A DNA stretch of 26,724 nt from a virus. The notes under the pieces were generated by a model. That model saw only the letters and a list, made by a program, of their open reading frames with translations, did not search any database and had not been told where the DNA came from. The DNA lies in IMG/VR virus record IMGVR_UViG_3300048909_000182. One strand, given 5' to 3'. The translations under genes and the position numbers were made by a program. Of the stretch, positions 14,345-22,213 are shown one piece after another; the stretch's first letter is position 1, and every line of letters begins with the position of its first letter.

Positions 14345-14767
14345 CTAGAGGATCGTTCGGAGCCGCCATTGGCAGCCCAACAGTGTCTCGCCGGACGCAT
14401 CGGTGTATTCGCCCCAGTTGGATGGCCCCTCGACAACGGAGTCGTCGCAGACACCCGAGAAGCTGGGGTCTGCTGCGAGCGCGGCCGCGACCGATTTGGC
14501 GGAGCTCGGGTCCATCATCTCGAGCAGCAGTGTTTGGCCGGAGTCGACGTCGAGGTCGGTGACACGGGCACGAACAACGAACGTCGCTTGCCGGAACACG
14601 GGCCCGTACGCGTCGGGCTCCTGGAACGGATCGTCCGGATACACATCGATGGAGGGCGGGGTCGGGTTCCGGTTTGCCGTCGACGTGATCTGCAGCACGG
14701 CGATCTCGATTGTGAGCCGCTGCTCGAGCTGGGAGGCGATCCCGGCGGTCAGCTCGAGCAGCGACAT
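14345..14767 (-). CDS. head-tail joining / tail terminator-like protein
   Basis: 140 aa directly upstream of the major tail gene. The call rests on synteny; there is no diagnostic motif. Confidence 0.5.
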   Translation of the reverse strand: MSLLELTAGIASQLEQRLTIEIAVLQITSTANRNPTPPSIDVYPDDPFQEPDAYGPVFRQATFVVRARVTDLDVDSGQTLLLEMMDPSSAKSVAAALAADPSFSGVCDDSVVEGPSNWGEYTDASGETLLGCQWRLRTIL

Positions 14768-14771
14768 CTGT

Positions 14772-15125
14772 TCATCCGATCGGGTACAGCGTCCGCAACG
14801 GGTTCAACCTGAGGTGATGCCGGTACCACGTGTCCCGCGGCGACACCAAAGGGACCATGTCGGCGCCGGCGTTCTGGGCGCCGAACGGACGCTGATGGGC
14901 CGCCCATAATTCGACGGCCCGATCGAGGTTCACGTCGGCCAATAGGTCGTATTCGGGTGTGTCTGGGCGCGGCGCGGGGTTGTCGACCGGGTCATAGGCC
15001 AGGTCCCAGTCGATCTCCCGCGCCGCCACGTCGAGGTCGCGTTGCATCGCCTCCGCTTCGGCCGCGGTCGGGGCGGGCTTCTGCAGCACCCGCTGCAGCT
15101 CCGTGACATCGACGTACGCCATCAC
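14772..15125 (-). CDS. head-tail connector (gp6-like adaptor) protein
   Basis: 117 aa. The N-terminus MAYVDVTELQRVLQKP....AEAEAMQRDLDVAAREIDW follows the gp6-like head-tail connector pattern. It sits downstream of the capsid gene. Confidence 0.55.
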   Translation of the reverse strand: MMAYVDVTELQRVLQKPAPTAAEAEAMQRDLDVAAREIDWDLAYDPVDNPAPRPDTPEYDLLADVNLDRAVELWAAHQRPFGAQNAGADMVPLVSPRDTWYRHHLRLNPLRTLYPIG

Positions 15126-15358
15126 TGAGCCCGGATGGCGTCGATCAGTTCCTGCTTCGTCATGTCGTTGTTCGCCGGGCTGACGTTCCGTTCCTTCGCG
15201 AGCGCGAGCAGGTCGACCTTCGTCATCGCGTCGAGATCCTCCTCACCTTCGGTCGCGACGGGTTCGACGTCGGTGCCGGGGCTGCCGCCGGTGCCCTCGA
15301 CCCACGCCGGGTCCAATCCGACGGCCTGCCGGTTCGGGTCGTCCCAGAGGTCGGTCAT
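15122..15358 (-). CDS. small acidic protein with C-terminal HeH/Rho-N-like (SAP-like) motif
   Basis: 78 aa. MTKVDLLALAKERNVSPANNDMTKQELIDAIRAQ is a helix-extended-helix motif. The ATG overlaps the capsid stop (ATGA). Confidence 0.6.
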   Translation of the reverse strand: MTDLWDDPNRQAVGLDPAWVEGTGGSPGTDVEPVATEGEEDLDAMTKVDLLALAKERNVSPANNDMTKQELIDAIRAQ

Positions 15359-16554
15359 GGCGTCTTCGTGATCTTGATGATCCCGGTCGCCTCGATCACC
15401 ATCGGCGTGAAATAGCCCGCGTAGGCGACCTGCACACCGAGCACGGACGGCTCAACGACCTGCAGGCTGCCGATCCGCTCCTCGTAGCATTCCGCGGCGG
15501 CCGACGAGAGGACGAGGGCGGTGTTCGCGGCGATCGCGGTCGAGACGTAGACGGGGATCCCCGCGATGACGCCGGCGAGGCCGGTCGAGAAGTTCGCGGC
15601 GGAGAACCCCTGCCCTTGCTGGTTCATCGGCCCGTAGGGGGCGAACAGCGAACCCCACGCGCCGAGGAGGCCGGTCGGGACGACCGCGAACACGTTCCCG
15701 ATGCCCTTCGTGCCGGAGTAGATCGACGCGGCGGCGGCCCACAGCGCGCCGGCGATCTGATCGCTGGTGTTCGCGCCGGTCGGCAGTGTGGTACCGGCGG
15801 TCGCGGCGGCCGCGAACGCGGTCGCGGCCGCGGATTCGGTCTGGATCGCGTACTGCGCCGCGAGATCCTGGATGACGATGTCCATCACGCCCGGCTGGGT
15901 GAAGTCGACGTCCTGGCGTGAGACGTTCACATACCCGCCGTAGGTGACGGCAGTCCCGGTCAGCTTCGTGATCGTCATCTTCTGCGACGCGAGCTCGCCC
16001 TTTTCCGCCGACTGCGTCGTGACGGACGTGTGCTGGGTCACCTTCGGCCGGCCCCAGTTCTGGCTGGGCATCTGCCGCGGGCCGAGCGCGTTCACCAGCG
16101 GCCGTGAGGCGTCGATGAAGTTGACGACGGGGCCGAGGATCGGCGTCGGGATCAACCCTGGGTTGTCCGCCGTGGTCTGGTGGGCAGCCGCGCGGTTGAA
16201 GATCTCGAGGCGTTTGCGGGAGTCGTTGTCGCCGAGCCCGGCCCGCCACTGGTCGAGGACGTACTCGCCCGCGCTGCGGTACTCGACCTCTTTCGGCGGC
16301 CCCGGCTGTTGCTGCATGTACTGCGCGAGCTGCCTGATCCGTTCGGCGGACTCGCCGGAGATGCGGCGGGCCTCCTCCAACGGCTGCATCAGCCCGTTGA
16401 CTTTCTGGATCCGGTTCCGTGCTTCGGTGACGAGCTCGAGCTTCTCGTCGCTCAGGTCTTCACCGTTCGACGACTCCACCAGAGAGTCGATGAACTGCTG
16501 GCGATCCTCGATCTCCGCGACGTAGCGGGCGAGGATCTGATCTGTCGCACCCAT
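15355..16554 (-). CDS. major capsid protein, HK97 family
   Basis: 399 aa; ATG preceded by GAAAGGAG. An N-terminal coiled-coil delta-like region is followed by ...LVNALGPRQMPSQNWGRPKVTQHTSVTTQSAEKGELASQKMTITKLTGTAVTYGGYVNVSRQDVDF... typical of HK97-fold capsid proteins. It follows the prohead protease. Confidence 0.9.
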   Translation of the reverse strand: MGATDQILARYVAEIEDRQQFIDSLVESSNGEDLSDEKLELVTEARNRIQKVNGLMQPLEEARRISGESAERIRQLAQYMQQQPGPPKEVEYRSAGEYVLDQWRAGLGDNDSRKRLEIFNRAAAHQTTADNPGLIPTPILGPVVNFIDASRPLVNALGPRQMPSQNWGRPKVTQHTSVTTQSAEKGELASQKMTITKLTGTAVTYGGYVNVSRQDVDFTQPGVMDIVIQDLAAQYAIQTESAAATAFAAAATAGTTLPTGANTSDQIAGALWAAAASIYSGTKGIGNVFAVVPTGLLGAWGSLFAPYGPMNQQGQGFSAANFSTGLAGVIAGIPVYVSTAIAANTALVLSSAAAECYEERIGSLQVVEPSVLGVQVAYAGYFTPMVIEATGIIKITKTP

Positions 16555-16624
16555 AGCGGGACGGCTCCTTTCAACGCAAAGCGAAACAACAGGACTCGCA
16601 TGCGATTGATTGGCACGTCCCCCG

Positions 16625-16663
16625 CTACTGCCGGCCCACCCTGTGGTCTACAACGGCAGGTAG
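16625..16663. other. imperfect hairpin (CTAC TGCCG ... CGGCA g GTAG) in the protease-capsid intergenic gap
   Basis: Seen by eye in the only sizeable gap (110 bp) of the structural operon. It may be an attenuator or mRNA-stability element upstream of the highly expressed capsid gene. Confidence 0.25.
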
Positions 16664-16664
16664 T

Positions 16665-17258
16665 TCAGTGCTGCCCGACACAATAGCGCCGGTCAAGGTC
16701 GGCGTACAGTTCCCGCAGCCGGTCCAGCTCGAGCCGGTCACGGTTCGGCGTCGCGAGTGATGTCGTTTCACTCGCGATTTCTGCGGTGCGGACCGCGAGC
16801 ACGCTGGCGTCCTTGTACGCCGGGATCGGCGTCAACGCGACACCACCCAACCAGGCTTTCGTGATCCGGCGGATCTTGCCCTGCCATGTTTCGCCGCCGG
16901 GCATAACCGCGAACTCCGCCGACGCGTCCAAAATGCCTTCGTCGGCGAGCTCCAATGTTTCGTCGCCGAGCGCGGTGCGGGCGATCCGTAGTTCGCCGAC
17001 CAATCCTTCGTCGCGGGTCGGGTGGAACGCGACGGCCCGGCCGATCATCCGCTGCACGTCGTGGTCGCGGTTGACGCGGACCCGGTTCGGCCTGCGTTCG
17101 ATGCCGTCATAGGCGCCGCGGGCGAACACCTCCCGGATCATCCGGCCCTTGTGCTGAACGTCGGCTTCCCGTTCCCACGGTGTCACGATCACCTCGATCG
17201 TCCGTTTCGGGAAGTCGACGCCGATCGGTGTCGCTGCCCGGTACTCGATCTCCGTCAT
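16665..17258 (-). CDS. prohead (capsid maturation) protease, HK97 family
   Basis: ATG at 17258 overlaps the portal stop (ATGA). 197 aa, MTEIEYRAATPIGVDFPKRTIEVIVTPWEREADV...VRVNRDHDVQRMIGRAV...GILDASAEF... matches the S78/U35 protease pattern. The longer 360-aa ORF is out-of-frame overlap with the portal gene. Confidence 0.85.
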   Translation of the reverse strand: MTEIEYRAATPIGVDFPKRTIEVIVTPWEREADVQHKGRMIREVFARGAYDGIERRPNRVRVNRDHDVQRMIGRAVAFHPTRDEGLVGELRIARTALGDETLELADEGILDASAEFAVMPGGETWQGKIRRITKAWLGGVALTPIPAYKDASVLAVRTAEIASETTSLATPNRDRLELDRLRELYADLDRRYCVGQH

Positions 17259-18520
17259 TTCAGGACTCCTTGTGCGACGTCTGCCGGTGTCGAGTTGTCG
17301 AGCCGTTCGGCGGCGCGGATCTCGTCGACGGTGATCGCCCGCTGCCCCGTCACCGGGTCCTGCAACGCGAACAGGATCTGGTAGGCCTGCGCACGCGCCA
17401 GCGGTGGCGGCTGCACGAACTCGTCCCGGTTCAACTCCACCTTCGTACCCCTGGGCAGCAGCCAGCCGGACAGGGCGGACATCAACGTTTGCGCGGTTGC
17501 TTTCAGGCTGTCGCGCCACCAGAAGTCGAAGAAGTCGCCCATGTTCTTGTACGTCATCGACTCCCCCGACCCCGGCAACCCAACGATCTCCGGCGGGACA
17601 CCGAGGAGCTCCGCGATCCTGGAATCCTGGTACCGCTCCAGGTCGACGAGGCCGAGCTCGGTCGGGTTGATCTGCGACGGCTTCCACTGCAAGCCTTTGT
17701 CCAACACTGCGGGCTCGCCGATCGTCGACATCCGCCGGGCGACCCACGCCTGCTGAATCGCCAACGCCTGGTCGGGTGAGATCTCCTCCTGCGACTCCAA
17801 GACGCCGACGGGGACGCCACCTGAGGCGACGATCTTGGCGCCGTACTGCATCAACGCCTCCGCCGCGACCATCCGGTACGCGCCGGCCTCCAATGGGCCG
17901 TGGCCGTGCAGGTCGACGATGTTCCCCTGGTAACGGATGTGGAGCATGTCGGCGGTGACGTCGTCGCCGCCGATCTCATACCTGCGGAGGCCGTCGGTGC
18001 CGCGGTCGACGTTCACGTACAGCGGCGGCACCACGTGGAAACGCGACGGCCACCCGGTTGCGTAACGCGCCGTTGTGAGCAGGAACACCTCGCCGAGCAT
18101 GAAGTCCCACACCAAGCTCTTGCAGAACTCCTCCCAGGACACGTACAGGTCGGGGTCGGGGTTGTTCATCCAGTCCGCCGACAACGTGTCAGCCGCATCA
18201 ACGAGATACGGCGGCATCGTCGACAACGCCCGCGCGGTCTTGTCGACGCACAGCCAGGCGGTGTCGGTCAAACGTTGCAGCTGGTTCGACCAGTTCGGCG
18301 TGTTCCAGCCAGCCGGCCAACCCGACCAGCCCGACGCGACAATCCGCGGCGGCGGCCCCGCCGGCAAATCGGTGCCGTCGACGGTGACACCGTGCGGATC
18401 CCCTGGGGTGACGAGTTGGTCGGGCCCGACGGTTGATGGCGGCACGCTCGCGGGGTTGTTCGGGTTCGGGACGACGCCTTCGTCGCTCGCCGCGCGGGGT
18501 CTGAGGCCGCGGAGGTTCAT
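17255..18520 (-). CDS. portal protein, HK97 family
   Basis: 421 aa between the terminase and the protease. It shows typical portal sequence (…LTDTAWLCVDKTARALSTMPPYLV…WNNPDPD…). Confidence 0.9.
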   Translation of the reverse strand: MNLRGLRPRAASDEGVVPNPNNPASVPPSTVGPDQLVTPGDPHGVTVDGTDLPAGPPPRIVASGWSGWPAGWNTPNWSNQLQRLTDTAWLCVDKTARALSTMPPYLVDAADTLSADWMNNPDPDLYVSWEEFCKSLVWDFMLGEVFLLTTARYATGWPSRFHVVPPLYVNVDRGTDGLRRYEIGGDDVTADMLHIRYQGNIVDLHGHGPLEAGAYRMVAAEALMQYGAKIVASGGVPVGVLESQEEISPDQALAIQQAWVARRMSTIGEPAVLDKGLQWKPSQINPTELGLVDLERYQDSRIAELLGVPPEIVGLPGSGESMTYKNMGDFFDFWWRDSLKATAQTLMSALSGWLLPRGTKVELNRDEFVQPPPLARAQAYQILFALQDPVTGQRAITVDEIRAAERLDNSTPADVAQGVLK

Positions 18521-20256
18521 CAGTACACCGTCGGGACCCGTGACGGTTGGGCTGCTGCGTGGAGCGCCCAGACCATTGCTTTGACGAGATGCGTCGGCCC
18601 GGAAGGCTCGAGAGCGAGCCCTGCCGCGCGTTCACGCACCATCGCTACCGCCATCGCCTCGTCAAGGTCGGGGGTATCGTCATGAACAACCATACCGCCG
18701 CCCGCGAGATCCCGGAGCAGCGCGAGTCCGGCGCGGGTTTCGGTGCCGCCGACGGGTTTCGGCGGCGGCCACAACCCCGCCGGCAGAGACGCGAGCATCG
18801 ACCCGCCGACACCAACCAGCCTGACCCGCCGCGTCACCAGCAGCGTCTGCAGATCTCTGACGGCGGTGTCCCAGTTCGGGCACAGCCACCCGTCCACCTC
18901 GACGCGGCCGTCGTCGAGCTTCGCCGCCGCCGCGACTGCGGCGCCGGAGCCGAAGTCGTCCTCGACCATCACGAACAACGGCTCGTCGTGCGCCTCCAAC
19001 GGCTCCTGCAACCCCTTCCACAAACCCGCTGGCAACAGAGGTTCGCCGTCGCCGCCGCCTTCCATCGACCTGGGCCACTGGTTGAGCCACTGGGTGCGGA
19101 ACGAGATCTCCGGGTCGGGCTCCGTCGGATCCCTGATTTCGCCGGCCTGAATCGCCGCGAGCTGCTGCCCGACGAGGCGTTCGCGTTGCGGCGTCCAGTG
19201 CGGCGACGCCAAACGCCACGCATCCACGCTGTCGATCGGTAATTCGGGGGGCGCCGACCACTCGATCAGCAGATCACCGGCGCCGGTCTCGAGCTCGGCG
19301 AGCGCCGCCTTGCGGCGTTGCAGCATCAACGCCTCCGACCGCCTATGGGCCGTCGAGATCAGCAACAGCTGCGGCTGCGCCCGTTCGACCATCGTCGGCA
19401 CCAACGACTCGTCAACCGTCGCCGACGTCACTTTCCACGCCTCGTCGACGGCCGCCATCGACACGCTGTGCCCGTACGCAGCTTCTTTCGTCCTCAGCAT
19501 CCAACGCGAGTGATCAGGGAGATACTCCAACGCCTCCTGGCCGTTCACCTGCCGCTGCTTGTACGCATCACCTTGCTGCTTCGCCCACCACACAGCAGGC
19601 CGCTGCACCTCACGAACGACAGCAAGGTCTTTCCCGGTGTGGACGCAATCCTGCGGCTCCCCGAATCGAGCCGCCTGACGCATCCGCCACAACAAGAGCT
19701 CGCGTAGCAACCACGACTTCCCGACCTGACGGGCGACCGTCCACACCGCCGCGTCCCAGACCAATTCGCCGTTCGAATCGATCTCGAGCAGACGTGTCGC
19801 GACGAGACGCTGCCACCACCTGAGCGGCCGTCCCTCCCGCGCATCAGCCCAGGCGCAGAACTCGTCGCCCAACGAACCCGCCGCCCTTGGGTGCGGCACC
19901 GTCATGAACCTGGGCCAGACTGCCTCCGCCGGCACATCCAGCAGCCGCTCGAGCCATGGCACATCCCAACGACGATCCGAGAACGACAAACCGTCGCGCT
20001 CAGGCGGCAACTCAACGACGTTGCCCCGCAGCGTCTTCGCCGCACCCCGGTTACACACCTCATGTTCCGGCCCCGTATAGCCGCGCCGGTCGTCGGTGTG
20101 GCCCAGATCCCACTTCTGGCCAGGCACGATCCAGTCGCCACACCTAGCGCACCTGACACGCCCCGCTAGAACGAGCCGGTTGTACTCGGCCCGCATCCGG
20201 CGATGCCCGGTGCCATAACCCCGAGCAGCCGTCGATGCCCTGACCTTCGCCGGCAT
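18520..20256 (-). CDS. terL: HNH endonuclease domain fused to terminase large subunit
   Basis: 578-aa ORF from ATG 20256. The TTG at 20313 extends it, but those 19 codons have low GC3. aa 11-72, ARGYGTGHRRMR...RCARCGDWIVPGQKWDLGHTDDRRGYTGPEHEVCNRGA, is an actinophage-type HNH motif. aa ~125 onward, LGDEFCAWADA..PLRWWQR...VARQVGKSW (Walker A), is followed by the ATPase/nuclease body. There is no stop codon between the two parts. Confidence 0.8.
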   Translation of the reverse strand: MPAKVRASTAARGYGTGHRRMRAEYNRLVLAGRVRCARCGDWIVPGQKWDLGHTDDRRGYTGPEHEVCNRGAAKTLRGNVVELPPERDGLSFSDRRWDVPWLERLLDVPAEAVWPRFMTVPHPRAAGSLGDEFCAWADAREGRPLRWWQRLVATRLLEIDSNGELVWDAAVWTVARQVGKSWLLRELLLWRMRQAARFGEPQDCVHTGKDLAVVREVQRPAVWWAKQQGDAYKQRQVNGQEALEYLPDHSRWMLRTKEAAYGHSVSMAAVDEAWKVTSATVDESLVPTMVERAQPQLLLISTAHRRSEALMLQRRKAALAELETGAGDLLIEWSAPPELPIDSVDAWRLASPHWTPQRERLVGQQLAAIQAGEIRDPTEPDPEISFRTQWLNQWPRSMEGGGDGEPLLPAGLWKGLQEPLEAHDEPLFVMVEDDFGSGAAVAAAAKLDDGRVEVDGWLCPNWDTAVRDLQTLLVTRRVRLVGVGGSMLASLPAGLWPPPKPVGGTETRAGLALLRDLAGGGMVVHDDTPDLDEAMAVAMVRERAAGLALEPSGPTHLVKAMVWALHAAAQPSRVPTVY

Positions 20257-20326
20257 CAGACCAAAGAGGGTATTTCGCGACGAGGAACGGGGGTCAGAAG
20301 CCGTCGCACCCAAAAAACGGGGTGGG

Positions 20327-21124
20327 TCATGCGCTGCCGAACGTGTAGCGGTTGCCGTTGATCTGCATCCAACGCAGCAGCCCGTTCAGGTTGGTGCCGT
20401 CGGTAAACCCGAGCGTGATCGTGATCTTCGTGATCACGTCGTCTGGGTGTTGTGCTTGGAGGTCGGTGAGTGGTACGCCGCCTGTGCCGGCGTCGTCGTC
20501 GTAACGCCACATCCCTGCTGTTGCAACGAACTCTTGGAACGGGCCGGGTCCGAGGCCGCGGTAGTGCTGCGATCCGGGTGAGAAGACGGCGTCGTGTGTA
20601 TTGCCAGTGGTGTCTTGGGTGAAGATGCGGGCGTATGGTGAGGCGCCGATGTCGAGTAGCACCATCTCGTCGTCGAGGTAGCGCATGTTGTACGCCAGGT
20701 TGCGCACCACACTGAAGGGTTGCCCGTCGAGGCCGTGGTAGCGGATCGACCCACCTGCTGACTTGCCGTCCGCGTATGGCCCGTAGGCGAGGCCGTCCGG
20801 TGTCATGACGACCGTCGGGTTCGATGCTTCCCACGGTTGGGCGATGGTGTCGACGAACGAGAGTTTGGTGCCGAGGTTGGCCCAGCGTGCGTTCGCGTCG
20901 GTGATGGCCTGATCGACGTACTCCTGGCTCGCGACATGCGTCAGTTCGAAGTTCGAGGTGCCGTCATCGACAGGGCTTTTCCCGGCGCCTGGCTGGCCTG
21001 TGACGTCGACGAGATCGAGCAGGCTGGTCGTTGTCGGGCCTGGTGGGCCTGGCGGTCCGGGTGGGCCGTTCGGGATCTGCACTTCGATGATCTGCGGTGG
21101 CCCGCCCTGGCTGGTGATGGTCAT
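20327..21124 (-). CDS. collagen-like-repeat tail fibre / receptor-binding-like protein
   Basis: 265 aa. NGPPGPPGPPGP collagen-like triplets are followed by LLDLVDVTGQPGAGKSPVDDGTSNFEL, a motif typical of actinophage fibre proteins, and a globular C-terminal domain. Confidence 0.6.
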   Translation of the reverse strand: MTITSQGGPPQIIEVQIPNGPPGPPGPPGPTTTSLLDLVDVTGQPGAGKSPVDDGTSNFELTHVASQEYVDQAITDANARWANLGTKLSFVDTIAQPWEASNPTVVMTPDGLAYGPYADGKSAGGSIRYHGLDGQPFSVVRNLAYNMRYLDDEMVLLDIGASPYARIFTQDTTGNTHDAVFSPGSQHYRGLGPGPFQEFVATAGMWRYDDDAGTGGVPLTDLQAQHPDDVITKITITLGFTDGTNLNGLLRWMQINGNRYTFGSA

Positions 21125-21456
21125 GGGGTGGTGTCCTTCCTGACTTGGAGGCGGCCGTGGACCCAGGTTTGGACGCCGAGGTCATCGGCGAACTGGATGT
21201 CGTAGTCGTAGACGTCAGGTGTGAGCCCGCCGGGCGGCGGGTGGATGGTGACGGTGCCGTCGGTGGGGTTGCTGACCTGGACGGTGAGGGTGATCATGGC
21301 GCCGAGCGTCGATCGTGCCTTGGACGTGACGATGACGCCGGTCAAGTCCATCGGGGTGTCGGGGTCGGTGAGGAACCGGAATGTTTGGTTTTGGGTGTCT
21401 CCGGCTGTCCAGATCAGGTTGACGGGTTCGGTTGTGAGGTCGACGGTGACGGTCAT
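21121..21456 (-). CDS. Ig-like (BppU-type) beta-sandwich protein
   Basis: 111 aa. WTAGDTQNQTFRFLTDPDTPMDLTGVIVTSKARS...GTVTIHPPPGGLTPDVYDYDIQF...GRLQVRKDTT follows the phage Ig-like domain pattern. ATGA overlaps occur on both sides. Confidence 0.5.
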   Translation of the reverse strand: MTVTVDLTTEPVNLIWTAGDTQNQTFRFLTDPDTPMDLTGVIVTSKARSTLGAMITLTVQVSNPTDGTVTIHPPPGGLTPDVYDYDIQFADDLGVQTWVHGRLQVRKDTTP

Positions 21457-21545
21457 GTGCCGGCGAGGTTGGCGCCGAAGATCACGTAGACCCAGAGCGC
21501 GATGGCGATGGCGATCAATGCGAGGTCATGCGTGTTGAACGTCAT
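21453..21545 (-). CDS. 30-aa single-TM micro-protein
   Basis: Hand translation: MTFNTHDLALIAIAIALWVYVIFGANLAGT. The ATG overlaps the upstream stop and its stop overlaps the downstream ATG (ATGA both sides). GGAGAAAAC lies before the ATG. Confidence 0.5.
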   Translation of the reverse strand: MTFNTHDLALIAIAIALWVYVIFGANLAGT

Positions 21546-21730
21546 GTTTTCTCCTCGAGGTGGGGCCAGCCTGGTTGTTCGCATTCACCATGCCACGCAT
21601 AGGCGACGTGGTTGATGAAGTCGAAGTGGAAGCGGAGAGCGCTGTTGTGTTTGAACACAATCGGCCGGTTGCAAATGGCGCACGTTTTGGGTTCCCAGCC
21701 GCCACGGGTTGTGTGCGATCCCTTAGCCAC
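21542..21730 (-). CDS. hypothetical 62-aa Cys/His-containing protein, first ORF after the control region
   Basis: GTG start. MAKGSHTTRGGWEPKTCAICNRPIVFKHNSALRFHFDFINHVAYAWHGECEQPGWPHLEEKT. Lower G+C than its surroundings; function unknown. Confidence 0.5.
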   Translation of the reverse strand: MAKGSHTTRGGWEPKTCAICNRPIVFKHNSALRFHFDFINHVAYAWHGECEQPGWPHLEEKT

Positions 21731-21756
21731 GAAAGCCCATTACTTCATTTTTAGAA

Positions 21757-21796
21757 GCAATCACTGTGAGCGGTGGAAGCGCTCACAGTGAGCGCT
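21757..21796. promoter_or_regulatory. operator-like palindromes P1 (21757-21773, degenerate) and P2 (21778-21796, perfect 19-bp AGCGCTCAC A GTGAGCGCT)
   Basis: P2 was checked position by position and is a perfect palindrome. P1 matches the GCGCTCAC-N-GTGAGCGC consensus at 14/16. Centres are 22 bp apart. Both lie in the 183-bp non-coding gap 21731-21913. Confidence 0.6.
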
Positions 21797-21903
21797 GCAA
21801 TAGGAACAGGTCCAAGAACAGAAAACCCAGGACGCCAACGATGGAAAGCTGCGAGACCTAAGAGCGTCAGGCTGTAAGGCTTTAACACGGGTACTGGTCC
21901 CGC

Positions 21904-21932
21904 CGAGAAGCACTCACTGTGAGCGCTTCTCG
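21904..21932. promoter_or_regulatory. operator-like palindrome P3 (14+1+14 bp, one mismatch); core is 18/19 identical to P2
   Basis: CGAGAAGCACTCAC T GTGAGCGCTTCTCG. It overlaps the stop codon (21916-21914) of the winged-helix gene and could also act as a hairpin terminator. Confidence 0.55.
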
Positions 21933-22213
21933 AGTTGGTAGACGTTGCCGGACGTGCGGCCTTGGTGGCCGCGGTCGACGCTGAGCAAACCATTCTGCTC
22001 GAGCTCATGGAGCGATCTGCGGACTGTTGCTTTGGAGAGACCGGCGTCGGCGGCGAGCTGCTGCTGCGACGGCCAGGCTTCGTTGCTGCCGTTGGTGTAG
22101 TAGACGGCGAGCACGAGCGCGAGGTGGTTGGCGCTGGCTGAGAGGGCGCCGGTGCGGGTCTGGCTGCGGATGATGTCGAGCCAGAGGAAACGGTAGGGGC
22201 GTTTGTCATTCAC
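21914..22213 (-). CDS. winged-helix DNA-binding protein (replication-initiator/DnaD-N-like or MarR-like)
   Basis: GTG at 22213 overlaps the primase stop (GTGA). 99 aa, ...ANHLALVLAVYYTNGSNEAWPSQQQLAADAGLSKATVRRSLHELEQNGLLSVDRG... It has high GC3, unlike the competing 152-aa frame. Confidence 0.7.
   Translation of the reverse strand: MNDKRPYRFLWLDIIRSQTRTGALSASANHLALVLAVYYTNGSNEAWPSQQQLAADAGLSKATVRRSLHELEQNGLLSVDRGHQGRTSGNVYQLEKRSQ

Noticed and set aside
20257-20313. TTG start at 20313 for the HNH-TerL ORF.
   Set aside because: The 19 extra codons have low GC3 (11/19 by hand count) and no RBS. ATG 20256 is preferred, although neither start has a strong Shine-Dalgarno sequence.
21751-22209. 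152-aa Ser/Thr/Pro/Ala-rich ORF beginning with the ATG right after the primase stop.
   Set aside because: The competing frame (21914-22213) has high GC3 and a clear winged-helix motif and is GTGA-coupled to the primase. The 152-aa frame also runs through the palindrome-containing non-coding gap.
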